Notes: generated by a model not told the origin, from the sequence alone. Positions 52,283 through 63,581 are shown, counted from the whole stretch's first letter. The stretch: DNA of 63,581 nt, filler included, from Neolecta irregularis DAH-3 (GCA_001929475.1; 13 parts of 13 records of this genome joined end to end with filler, not necessarily neighbours in it); one strand, 5' to 3'. Numbers and translations are program-made.

Positions 52283-52525
52283 GGAGTGCAACGTGAACAC
52301 GGAACCTTTTTTCGACAACACCAGACTTATCACCCACCATTTTTCTATGTACAGAACCTACAGGCCAATCTCGTGAAATTATGTAACTTGGTTTTGGAAT
52401 ACCACCTGCTCCATTACCTATTTATACTCAAATCGCTTCGCTTCGTCGCGAAGCTGTGTCTCCTTGCAATATATATACAAATTTGATATTATGATTTCGT
52501 AATAAATGCAGTAATGCGAGTCGAG

Positions 52526-53245
52526 GCTATTCCTCAGGTTTGATTTTCTGGGGATGCGTCAAAGTCCGGAGACCAACAATTAGTCGTCTATTTTCGATGA
52601 CTTAAGATTAGCTTGTAAATATATTAGAAAATAAATACTGATATCCCATCTTCCGCCTGATAGACTGTCTGCTACTGTCTGAATTAATCCGTCAGCACAA
52701 ACGTTGTTCTCCTTGGGGACTTGAGAGTTTGATAATAGAGCAGACCGGATCTCATTTAGGTATTCTGTTCCTTCGAGAGTACCGGTCAGATGGTGATCTT
52801 GGTGTCTTCTGGTATCATAGCTCCTTGTTCGATCAATGTTTTATCGAAAAAAATAGCTGATACCATATAATCAAAATCGCTATAAACATACAATATCCAT
52901 AATGTAAAGTCTGATCGCCACGGACTCTATAGCTACGTCCCTCAGAATATGTTTCGTTCAAGAGTTCAATGGCATGCAACGTAGTTAACCTGGCTGCTCT
53001 GGAACTTTTCCAACTCAAAATACGTCGGATTGATCTTTCGTAATCGCGGGATGAAATCAATCGCCCGAGTAATCTTTTTGCTCCGCAAAAGATTTGGAGA
53101 TCGACGGTGCTGATGTAGAGCGTCATGTGGCCTAGGTGGTATAATGCATTTCCGGCTCGAGTAAAAGGGCCTACTGGCTGATCGAGTGAATTTTCTTTCC
53201 AGATTTCGAATGAGCGAGCGAGAATTTCTTTCCAGTTTTCTTTCC
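52526..53245 (-). CDS. C-terminal part of a fungal-specific transcription factor (5' in gap)
   Basis: LYHLGHMTLY..LQIFCGA, W..S..AR..TLHA..LL, YCMFIAILIIWSY pattern; GT-AG introns. Confidence 0.6.
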
Positions 53246-53346
53246 ANNNNNNNNNNNNNNNNNNNNNNNNNNNNNNNNNNNNNNNNNNNNTTAATTAATT
53301 AANNNNNNNNNNNNNNNNNNNNNNNNNNNNNNNNNNNNNNNNNNNN

Positions 53347-53443
53347 CGAGCCCGGCCGCGCTGCCCAGCGACACCGCCGCCGCCGCCGCGACCACGCTGC
53401 GTGTCACGGCAGGCACCTGCATGAATGCGCGCCACAGATCCAT
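53347..53443 (-). CDS. N-terminus of a derlin (Der1/Dfm1 family), truncated by gap
   Basis: MDLWRAFMQVPAVTRSVVAAAAAVSLG matches the derlin N-terminal P.VTR motif. Confidence 0.6.
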
Positions 53444-53479
53444 GGTTTCTCTTGTGGGTTGTTGGGTTCTTGGTGGGTT

Positions 53480-53620
53480 GGTTGGAGTTCTGTGGGGTTC
53501 TCTGTTGGTTGGAGTTCTCGGTTGGAGTTCTCGGTTGGAGTTCTCGGTTGGAGTTCTCGGTTGGAGTTCTCGGTTGGAGTTCTCGGTTGGGGCAGTTCTC
53601 GGTTCTCGGTTGGTTGGAGT
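53480..53620. repeat. 13-bp minisatellite (gttggagttctcg), about 6 perfect copies plus degenerate ones
   Basis: Directly visible between the divergent derlin and FCF2 starts. Confidence 0.9.
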
Positions 53621-53723
53621 CTTCAGGGTTGGGTGAGCAGTCACTTTTCTCTCGTTCTCCTCTCCATCCTCTCCTCCCTCCTCGCTCCTCCCTCCCTCCT
53701 CACCCTCACCCTCACCCTATCTG

Positions 53724-54530
53724 ATGTCCTGCAGCCCCGCCTCCCTCTCTTCGCGCACGCTCTCCCCGGCCCCGGATTCGCCCGACGACTGCGAGCTCCT
53801 CCGGCGCGACCCGCGCTTGCTCGCCCGCGCAGACATCCACCGGCTGCTTGCCATTGCAGAGAGTGCTGCCGCTCCCCTCTCTCTCAGTCCCCTCCCTGCC
53901 CTCCTCCATCCCCCCTCTCTCCCTCCCCCACATCCATCCACCGCCCGCCTGCGAGTGCCTCCCACTGCGGTATTATTTCCTCTCCTTCTCATGATGAACA
54001 TTCAATGCCGAGCACACTCAGCTCGCCGTCTTGGCCTGCTGTGCCCTGAAGGCCATTGTCATAGTTACCCTGATCTCTTGCTCTCTCCTCTCCTCTTCTC
54101 CGCTGACCCCCAGAAAATTTCTTCCTCTCGGTCAGCCACAGCCACAGCCACACCCTCCGCCACTATAGCCACAGACACTGCTGGCCCAAAATGGTTCAAC
54201 ATGCCCCGTCCCATCCTCACCCCCGCCCTCAAGCGAGACCTCCATCTCCTCCGCATGCGCTCCGTCCTCGACCCCAAGCTCTTCTACAAAAACTCCTTTT
54301 CAAAACACCTTCCAAAATACTTTCACTCGGGCCGCATCATCCATGCTCCCGCAGACCACCCCTCCCTCCGCATCCCCAGAAAACTCCAAAAGGGCTCCAT
54401 CGTGGAGGAACTGCTGCAAGACACCGATAAGCGCCAGTATTACAAAAAGAAATTCCTCCAGATTCAGGCTCTGAAAGCAAGTGGCAAAAAGGCCCATTAT
54501 AAAAAGATTAAACAGTTGCGTCGTATATAG
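53724..54530 (+). CDS. FCF2: rRNA-processing protein Fcf2; 144-nt in-frame intron 53970-54113
   Basis: TAGPKWFNMP..LTP.LKRDL.LLRMRSVLDPK.FYK, PKYF..G.II, SIVEELL.D...YYKKKF. Confidence 0.92.
   Translation: MSCSPASLSSRTLSPAPDSPDDCELLRRDPRLLARADIHRLLAIAESAAAPLSLSPLPALLHPPSLPPPHPSTARLRVPPTAVLFPLLLMMNIQCRAHSARRLGLLCPEGHCHSYPDLLLSPLLFSADPQKISSSRSATATATPSATIATDTAGPKWFNMPRPILTPALKRDLHLLRMRSVLDPKLFYKNSFSKHLPKYFHSGRIIHAPADHPSLRIPRKLQKGSIVEELLQDTDKRQYYKKKFLQIQALKASGKKAHYKKIKQLRRI
53991..54073 (+). ncRNA. Intronic box C/D snoRNA, predicted guide for LSU helix 69 Am2256 (snR63/SNORD46-like)
   Basis: C box ATGATGA 53991-53997, D box CTGA 54070-54073, guide GTCATAGTTAC 54058-54068 complementary to LSU GUAACUAUGAC; lies in the only long intron found. 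Confidence 0.85.
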
Positions 54531-54602
54531 CATGTAATACACGATTGTCTCTTCATATTATACCTATTTATTCGAGACCATGTTAATCTACAATCAGCAA
54601 AT

Positions 54603-55037
54603 TCAAACTCTCCTCACCTGATACGGAAACGGATCTGTCCCAATAATAGCTGGTATATGACTCTTTTGCTCATTCACAATATTCAAAATACGCTGCAACG
54701 CATCCCTCAGCCCCTTCTTCATATCCCTCATCAACATCGTTCGCTCTACCGTGAGCAATGCCCCCAGAAAACATACCGCTGTCGCTTCGCGTTTCAACAA
54801 TATTCAGCACAAGTATCCACGTCTCCCAGCATACTTCCTCTTCGCTCTTGCTAAACCAAGCCTTTCGAGTTCGCTTTTCCATAAACTTGACTTCAATCCA
54901 CCCCTGTGACGCAAAGTGACGAAGAAAATTAGACGTCTTCTCGCCTATCAAAGACTCGATCTCTGCATCATCAATACACACCTGTCCTTAGTCCCTGTCT
55001 AGCATCCGTTTACATATGTCAGATCTAAAAGATCACG
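54603..55037 (-). CDS. ATG101: Autophagy protein Atg101, C-terminal part
   Basis: DLLDLTYVCIDD.EIE..I, F.EKR.RKAWF..EEEVCWE.W, K.HIP.I..DPFPYQV. Confidence 0.85.
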
Positions 55038-55137
55038 NNNNNNNNNNNNNNNNNNNNNNNNNNNNNNNNNNNNNNNNNNNNTTAATTAATTAANNNNNNN
55101 NNNNNNNNNNNNNNNNNNNNNNNNNNNNNNNNNNNNN

Positions 55138-56649
55138 CAGCAAGGAAACTTAAAGATCAATATCTCTGGCTGGAAGAAAGATAACTACTATCTTCAACCT
55201 ACATAAAGGATCATCTTGATGCTCTCTATTGCCTCGAACAATCGTCAATGCAGTTTAATGATGATTGGAGATAACCTTCTCCCATTGGGGTGGTTTTGAT
55301 GGAAAACTTTTGCTTCAAAGCTCAATAACTCATTAACTACCTCGATCCAGTTTGGCAAATATAGGATGGAAATACTCAGCTCGATGACCTCTATCTGGAC
55401 GTATAAAGATTTTGGTACATTAGTATAACTCCCAATTGACAACTTTAGCAATAGTAGTTAATATCTTTCAGCAATCCAGGTTGAGTAGCTTTCCTAAGTC
55501 CACCTTTTCTTAACCACATATACATAATTATACTTCAAACATATTTCACCAACCAAGGTAAATACAAGGAAGTTAAGAATCCTTCCCATAATGGGTGGCA
55601 AGTAAATATTGCAAAAAGATCCACCTTGTCAAGAGCTACTGGTACATGTAAGGTTTATAGTACCTTGCATACCCAGATAAGTAGTTAAAGGAGGAAAGAT
55701 GGAGATGACAGAAAAGACTTAGTGAAATATTTGTGAACAAAAGTGTCTGGTGGAAAAAGGATATTGTAATGGTCCTGGCAAAAATCATGGGTAAGAGGAC
55801 CTCAGGATATATGAGAGAGAAGTACCTTTCTCTGTAATTAATACATTGTCAATTATTGCAAATTTAAACTTGCATGGTATATTTAGTTAACTTGCATCAA
55901 TAGATTACAAGATCCCTTTTATATACCTGTGTATTCTTGGGTGAGATTGGGCTATTGAATCACCTTGACTGTAGGGATTGAGGAATGCCCAAGAAAAGTA
56001 CCTCAGGTGGATACATTGAGAGCTTGAGATTATACTGAGAGGTAGTATATCTGTACTTTACTATATACTCTCTGAAAGATATATCAAGAGCTTAAGATTC
56101 TACTTGGTTATATTCTACAAGTATTACAAGAGTGTGTAATAGTTGGTTGAACATGTCTATTTGTTTGATATATAAATTTTACCACATGGGGAAATAAGTC
56201 ACCCTAGGACTGGGGTTACAACACTGCATTCATTAGTCTTGGGAGTATCCTTTGAGACTTTTGCTTAGCATTGAGAGGGTTCTATTCACATGATGGTTAG
56301 TGAGCACATAAGCTCCACATATAGTTGTTGATCAGCTTCCATTGAGAGGAACTGATTACAATGTTGGTGTGACATTGCATATCACATGTCAATGAGGGAA
56401 CTTACTTTATTATATATAGCTGACATGGCACCATACCTTACTATTCTCAATTTGTATTTACTGAGATATTAGACTTGTTCATTGTTACATGTGTTACAGT
56501 CATCTCAGTGTTACCCAAGAATCTGTACCATGTTTGTACTACTGTATCATTACATCAGTGCTACCAGGTGCAAGTACCCAAAGACCCCCAGAAGATAGAG
56601 GAACCCAACAGCAACTCAAATCTTCAAACAGAGTTGAAAACAAGCTTCT
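55138..56649. mobile_element. Degenerate interspersed repeat, copy 2 (CpG-depleted)
   Basis: Homologous to 21500-22550; no CG dinucleotide seen from about 55402 to 56649. Confidence 0.7.
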
Positions 56650-56879
56650 NNNNNNNNNNNNNNNNNNNNNNNNNNNNNNNNNNNNNNNNNNNNTTAATTA
56701 ATTAANNNNNNNNNNNNNNNNNNNNNNNNNNNNNNNNNNNNNNNNNNNNGTATTATCAAACTAGATCATATAAAAGTGAATAGAACCAATCAATCGTTTT
56801 ATACAAAATAGCTTGATGTTCTAAGCATACCCCCAGATATATCATTTGAATCTGACAGCTTAGCAACTCCATCTATCTA

Positions 56880-58205
56880 CCCCATATGATTCTTGTCCTT
56901 GGTCGGCCCTAAAGCGGATGTGAGTCCGATGATTACATCTGCGTTGACTAGTAGGTACCTCGTTCCTCCGTGTTACAGCGAATGAGAGAGCTGGATACTC
57001 CCATGTTCTTGGTGATGTCAGCTATGGCATCGATGCGGCAACCTTTGGGAAGTGGTAAATGGGCGAGGCCATGTACAACCAAGAGGGTACTTTAAAACAT
57101 GGGTCTCCCATTGATTTTGCAGATGACATCTACTACCCGACTTTAACTGTCGAACTGACCCTCAGTTTTGCGTGAGCTTGAGTCCTTGAAAGGTTTTTAT
57201 GGCAAGACTCGATTGTAAAATCCCGCACAAACGTCCTAATGGCATGTCTAAGAGCGAGATCAAGCATATGGTCATCGATACCCTGCTCAAAATGTTCAGT
57301 ATTTCCCATACGAAGAATACCATGGTCGGTAATGCACATGTTCTGGGTGTATCGGGTGGAGAGCAAAAGCGAGTCAGTATCGCCGAAATGATGGTCTGCC
57401 AAGCAACAATCTGTTCTTGGGACAATACTACCTGTGGACCGGGTATGCATCTCTTTTAATTTTGCTATTTTTACACTATAGATGCTCCACTGCTCTAGAT
57501 TACGCCAAATCTTTGTGAAAGAAATCACCATTCACCATTTACTTTATCAAGCCAAATTGATGCCATGGCAAAACAACAATTCTCTCTCAAACTTCAGGAT
57601 CGATTCCATCTCATCATTAGCTTTCTCACCTCTTTCATCGTGGCAATTATTATCGCCACTTATTTGTGAATCTGCTGAAAACCTCTTCTGGCATATTTAC
57701 CCGTGGTGGAGTTATTTTTACCACGCTACTTTTCAACTGTTTCCAAGCGTTCAGCGAACTTCCAGGCATTATCGAGGTACGATACTTTGAGTTACGAGAT
57801 TCTAATTGTAATAGGGTCGATTACTGGTTCATAAGCACAAATTGCTTGCCTTCAACCGCCTAGCAGCATTATGGATTGCTCAAATCTTTGTCGATTTGCC
57901 CTTCGCCGCCTTCCAGATTTTGAATGGTCAATCCTTTTCTTGGCGAGCTGCCAGCTTTTCGGGCTGGTGGAAAAACCGTTACATTTCACCAGAAAGAAAA
58001 TCAAGAGCGGCAACGACTGAATCAGACGCTCAACGAAAAGAAAGCTCAAAGAGTCAAGAGTAAGGAAAATGAATCTCAGCTCATTATCACGTCGAAGAAA
58101 ACTCTCACGTGGGAAACCCTGAAACACGACGTTCCGGTCGCTGGTGGTCAGCAACGATTGCTTGATGATATCTTTGGCTACGTCAAGCCTGGGCATATAA
58201 TGTAA
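56880..58205 (+). pseudogene. PDR/ABCG transporter pseudogene with internal deletions
   Basis: MILVLGRP, GVSGGEQKRVSIAEMM..CSWDNTT, TRGGVIF..LLFN.FQAFSELP, LTWE.L..DVPV.GG..RLL.DIFGYVKPG in only 1.3 kb, with stops and frameshifts. Confidence 0.85.
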
Positions 58206-58389
58206 ATTTCCTGTCTTTTAATTGATTCGCAGACCACCTAGATCTCATGTGAATACTCTCAAGTATTGGCCTTTGTATCAATTGACGTTGAGATGTCAAC
58301 GTTTCACTGATATGCATTACAACTTAATCGAATCAATCAACCTGGCTATCCCTTAGACAAGTGCGGCAACGGCGAGACCAATGCTTTTA

Positions 58390-59497
58390 GCTATGTCCAG
58401 GTCGGCCAGGACACAGGCACCGCCCTTCCCACGCCCATCTCCTCACTGGCGCCCCCCGCCCAGACCTCTCCATCAAGCCCTCGAGCTTCTCAAACAAAGC
58501 TGCCGTAATTGGCGTCTTCAATGCTACCTAACTTAACATCCAGACCTGAATTTCGAAGATATTGTCGGCTTTCCCACGAAGAAAAAGGTACGGCCTTGGG
58601 ATAGCTGAATGCAGTTGATGAAACATGATGCTCATCTTGCAAAAGCTGTGTTTTGGGATATTAAGAATCGATTATCTCGAAGCATTACAACAATTGAATG
58701 AGACGAAACCACATTCGTCTCTGTCTATAGTCGCGATAATCCGAATCTTCTGCTCGATATCGGTGGGTTTGAGGCTCGAATACTACACAAAGTCCGAGCA
58801 CAAACAGAAGAATTCAGTCAGAAACATGGCGTTTAGAGTCCCACGAATGAAGAAACGAAGGAACTAACTGCCTTTGCTTTCCTCAGAGTAAGCAAAGAAG
58901 ACGAGAGAAATTTAACAATCGCGTCCGACAAATCTTGATGTCTTCTGGTTCAACGACATTCACGAAGATCGTCAACAAATGGAACGCTGCACTAATCAGT
59001 TTATTGACTTGTTATCGAGAGGCCGTTATTACAATTCCCGAGTTGCTTGATCTTCTTGTTTGATGCGAAGCGAAGGTTCAACCGAGAGTTAAGATTGGTT
59101 TGAACTACAAGGTATCTCTTACTCAGACATTGCCAAATTCTCATCCTTGTAGATGACAAGTCATTTCCCACCAGTCATACCCTAACCCTCCCGTCCTGTC
59201 CGTCCCGCACGCCTCTCCTGCCCTGCCCGTCCGCTCTCCTGCCCTGCCCGTCCGCCTGTCTCGCTCTCCCACCCGTCCATGCCTCCTCTCCGATCCCTCC
59301 CGCCTCTCCCATCCCGCCCACCTCGCGAGCCTGGCATTGGCGATGACAGTAGCGGCATGCAGGTCTGGGTTTGGTGTTGGTGTAGCAGAGGGGAGGGGTG
59401 GGAGAGGCGACTGGACGAGAGGTCTGGGCTGGGGGCGTCAGGGAGGAGATGGGCGTGGCAAGGGCGGTGCCTGTGGCCTGGCCGACCTGGACATAGC
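58390..59497. mobile_element. 1.1-kb segment bounded by about 80-bp GC-rich inverted repeats
   Basis: gctatgtccaggtcggccagg...cagacctctc (58390-58470) versus its reverse complement at 59417-59497; no TSD seen. Confidence 0.6.
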
Positions 59498-59661
59498 ACA
59501 GTGACTGCACAACCAACACATGTATTATCAAACTAGATCATATAAAAGTGAATAGAACCAANNNNNNNNNNNNNNNNNNNNNNNNNNNNNNNNNNNNNNN
59601 NNNNNTTAATTAATTAANNNNNNNNNNNNNNNNNNNNNNNNNNNNNNNNNNNNNNNNNNNN

Positions 59662-59932
59662 GCGCTTAGAAGTACGATAAGACCAAGTGATATAACTAGC
59701 CTAAGTAAACGTACTTCTACAAAAGGGGCATAGTCCTCATTACAATTAAGACTAGGATATACTTTCTAGCTTGAGTTCCAAGAATCTCATGGGAATATAC
59801 CTAGCTTGAGTTCCAAAAGTCTAGCTAGGTGTGTCCCTTCTAACTATCTTATATACTCGTCCTTTTCAGATGCAGTAAATTCCTTCAGTCATTTATCGCA
59901 ATGGTAAGGATATACCTAGGTATATCTTTACA
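59662..59932. mobile_element. LTR-like repeat fragment
   Basis: Shares about 50 bp with 43535-43587; ends ggtatatctttaca. Confidence 0.55.
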
Positions 59933-61879
59933 ACTGCTAACCAGTGGTGGGCAAGGCCTTTACCGGGTCACTATCTTCGATAGTAATCATCTAATTAATC
60001 ATGCTGCCAGAACCTTCCATGGCAACACTAATATTTCACGCAATCCCGACTTACATGAACAATGAATGTGCAAGGAGGATGATAGGTTTCTTTGAATATG
60101 AATTCAATTAGTGACAAACTTGCATTCAACAAATCAAATGTAGGATGTGGCTGCCCAAGTCATTCACCTCAACTCTTTCACAAGTGCTCACCAAGACCTT
60201 TGCGCCATATATCATAAGCAGCCTCTTCTACAAAAGGCATATCTAAATTTGATTGCAATGAATGGATATATTCGAAATGAAGGATAAGAAATCCCACTCT
60301 CATTTTAGAACCGTGTGCTTCAAGATGAAACTGGGTAACAATGAGAAAATAAAAGCTTTCATTTGAAAGCAAGCTCCTTATATCTCAGGGTGAATTCTGC
60401 AAACATTTATTATCCAGCAATTATGCCTCTCGCTCTTGATTTTGAGGTTTCTGTTGAACTTATCAGGTTACAGCATATCTCATCTCTCAGGGTATTTCAC
60501 CAACGTTTTTCGCTATCCTTAGTTCTTCATAGAGGGTAGAATCAAGTTATTTTTCTCTCTGATTCAATTCGTTTGGATTTGCTTGGATATTGTTTATTTT
60601 CTATTTGGTTATCTTCATACAACGAATCTTCCTTATCACGAACTGAAACCGCCAAGCCACATTCATTATATCCAGGTTTGACTGTAGTGCTATTCGGTTG
60701 GAGAAACCAATCCAGCTTATCGGGCCATTCCGACAGAGGTCTTACAACTCTTAGCCCTCTTAGCCCAGATTCAGCCTGTCTTAGGTGTCCCACTGCTGTA
60801 CTGAGCAAATCCTGAATGAGCTGCGGGAGGGAGGTGAAACAGGTCAGTCACGTGGTATTCGCCCCGGCCAGTGTGCCTACTCACTTGAAACCCCAACATA
60901 GAGTAACGGCCAGACAACAAATCAACTTTTTCACCCTGAGCCTAATCACCTTGATTAGGTGACACGCCGAAGTGGACAGAAGACATGAGTATATAAGAAA
61001 ACAAAACACCCACAGTCCATAGACCTAGTTGGTGAATCAAGAGCCGAGTGCTCTGGAGATATCGGATTCCTTATTGAGCCTTGTTTGAGCATGGGAAATG
61101 TGGCGGGTTGCAATGCGGGGCACCGACAGGGCTATGTCCTAATATGTGCCGCTCGCTGAACGAGGTGCCCTCATTGCATTGTCCGCGCAGTCAGTTTCAC
61201 ATCTNNNNNNNNNNNNNNNNNNNNNNNNNNNNNNNNNNNNNNNNNNNNTTAATTAATTAANNNNNNNNNNNNNNNNNNNNNNNNNNNNNNNNNNNNNNNN
61301 NNNNAATACTACAAATCTCCTCGACCTGGGGTCTCGTGTCATCGACCATCCCGCCAGTGGACTCGGCTGGAAGGCAGACTTTGCGAAAGATACAATCATG
61401 GTGCATCAAGTGAAAACCGCACAGCTTTGGGCACAAACCTTGGATTATTTTGCCTCAAATGTTTTTGCATGGACATAGGACAATGGAAGGGTTATCCCGG
61501 GGTTATCCCGGGTTTTGAATTTTGGTACAACTGTATTTGTAGGTTTTCTGTAGACTCGAGAAGCATGGGTATGCTTCCAGCAAGTATTTAATTCATAAAG
61601 AACATCTATTGTAACATATCATCTCTTGACCAGTTTTTTTGCCAAGCACTAACTAATCCTACATTTAGTAAAGTAAAACTTTATCAATGCTCTATTAAAG
61701 GGCATGTATCCTTACAGTCTCTAATTCTGTTATGTTTATGGAAATGTTGCTCTTGAGTTAATTAAGCTCCTTTCTTGAGGTATTGCTGCTCGTCATCTGT
61801 TGTAAGCGTATACCGCTGACTTATCAATACGGAAGGATATAGTTTGGCAGTCCAGACCTAGCCAAGTTCACCAATCCTT

Positions 61880-62125
61880 CAGCTAGAAACAATATAACTT
61901 TGTCTTATTCATATCTGGGCTTCAATACTTACATCTGTTTGTGTTACAGTGGAACTACTTTGTTTCAACTGCTCAAGGGAAGCAATCTTGTCACATGCTC
62001 GCAAATTACCCTCGTCTCTCTGCCTCAACTGTATCATCACCTCATCAGTAATCAGTTTTGCTGCTTGGCTGAATACTCTTTCACAATCGGCACTCATTGG
62101 CTGGGTGGGCATACCACCATCACAC
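61880..62125 (-). pseudogene. hAT transposase C-terminal dimerisation-domain relic
   Basis: PMSADCERVFSQAAKLITD matches the hATC P.sS...ER.FS motif; surrounded by stops. Confidence 0.7.
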
Positions 62126-62259
62126 CAAATGTAAAGTTGCCTACTTTACATTTCCCCACCTCAACTCCTCCATCTTAATTATTACAATTATATTAGGATG
62201 CGAGGATGACCGAGTGCAGGCTACCTGTATGGAAGTGCTTAGCTGCCCAGGATGATGAC

Positions 62260-62625
62260 GGCGTTGCAGCGGGTGAGGGCGTCGCAGCAGGTGAGGAAGT
62301 TGCAGCTGGAGAGGGCGCTGCAGAGATGGATTCGCATCAGGCGTGGGTATGGCAGCAGGGGAGGGATTCCCAGCAGGAGAGGGTGTCGCAGCGGGCGAGG
62401 GTATCGTAGCAGGCGAGCAAGTTGGAGCCAGGAAAGGCATTGATGCGGGATAGCATCGCATCGGGCGAGAAAGTTGAAGTGGGATTTACAGCGGGCAATG
62501 GTAATGCAGTGGGTGAGGGCATTCCAGCGGGCAGGGGAGTCGCAGCAGGCAAGGGCACTGCAACTGGCCAAGCAGTTGGAGCGGGCGAGGGAGTTGGAGC
62601 GCGCAAGGGGCTGGAGCGGCGGAGA
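62260..62625. repeat. Degenerate 18-bp tandem repeat (gcagcgggcgagggagtc; PAATPS-type on minus strand)
   Basis: Periodic GEGVAA / PAATPS peptides in several frames, with frameshifts. Confidence 0.7.
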
Positions 62626-63159
62626 GCAAACGGAGGAGGGAGCTGGAATGAGGAGTCCCGATAATGTCGTATTAGGCGAAAATCCTCAGTTTAGCGTTTC
62701 TTTACGACATACCTAACACTTATCATATCCGTTATGACGGTCATATCTGGGATTAGGCCATATTCTTGATTTCGGCGGTCGACAGGTTATTGTTGAGGTA
62801 AATATTTGTGTTGTTGTTGTGATAAATTCGAGGGTTTCGAATGTGATGAGTCTGAGTAAGGAGTGGGAAACCGAGGGAAAAGGGGAGGACGATTAAAAGG
62901 GGTTTTAGACGGAAGAAAAGGGGGTTGTGAATAGCTAATGGCTTCCAGAGCCAGCTGTTTGTGGAGGGGGAAAGGAGAGTGAGGTTCCGTAGTAAAGGTA
63001 ACTTCTTGACAAGGTTGTGAAAAATGTGCTGGTACAACAAGCCGACGAGGGAGTTCTAACCACACTGAACCTACTAGATACATCATTATAAATATCAAAA
63101 ATACCACAAATTCTTAGCAATATAACTCCCAAGGAGAATTTATTCACATGTATAAGATG

Positions 63160-63235
63160 GTTTGGACCGTCTAGTGATTAGACTGACCAGACCGGGGCCC
63201 CTGGTCTGGTCGGTCTAGTCGATTAGGAACACTAG
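63160..63235. repeat. Transposon-end-like hairpin with GACCAGACC motifs (related to 20865-20974)
   Basis: tagactgaccagaccgggg/cccctggtctggtcggtcta inverted repeat followed by ggaacactagt. Confidence 0.55.
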
Positions 63236-63581
63236 TGGCAGATGGAGGGGGGATGAACACGAATTGTCTCAGTTAGCACGACTATAAATGGATGAACTAT
63301 TCCATGCAATTGTGGCTTTTCGGATTCATATTCGTCCTTCGACTTTTGTCCCTGCTATGCAGTTACCAGTTTTTTATCATCAAGGCGTTTTCAAGCCTGT
63401 CGGAACCTGCGTATTTGTCTTTTCTCTATTCTTTCTATCAGTCTTGGCCTTTCGAAATTATTTACCTGTCGGATACTATAGTTTTCATCCTCCTTCTCAA
63501 GAGTCGGTGCGTATATTCATCGGCATCCTCACTACATATGACAAATTCGGAGAGAGGTTCTATGTCAGAGAAACATACCGC

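Noticed and set aside
53480-53620. CRISPR-like array
   Set aside because: Spacerless 13-bp tandem repeat in a eukaryotic genome, with no cas genes

Overview
Draft-assembly window from a compact, intron-rich fungal genome. Protein similarity and very short introns suggest an early-diverging ascomycete (Taphrinomycotina, Neolecta-like); this is inference, not a database result. Thirteen contigs are joined by N-padded TTAATTAATTAA linkers, so adjacency across gaps is not biological. Reconstructing spliced genes by hand gives about 22 protein genes (HAL/NPR kinase, AMS1, F-box/LRR, PIN4, GID4, COG8, uS15m, NOP58, stomatin, MDM35, class 3 lipase, DUF4336-like, EAF, PRPP synthetase, Mgr3-like, HSP10, ERV25, RPC11, NUP188, FCF2, ATG101, derlin fragment and others), three intron-containing tRNAs, and an intronic box C/D snoRNA. 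Non-genic content includes a solo LTR with TSD, hAT/MITE relics and a PDR-transporter pseudogene. The strongest unusual signal is the splicing regime: introns are mostly 32-46 nt, about 7 of roughly 80 use weak GC donors, and there is one apparent GG-AG intron and one GAG acceptor. Also notable: a repeat copy with no CpG over about 1.2 kb, an intron+exon module tandemly amplified in the NOP58 tail, an orphan secreted-protein family, and two terminally redundant contigs.
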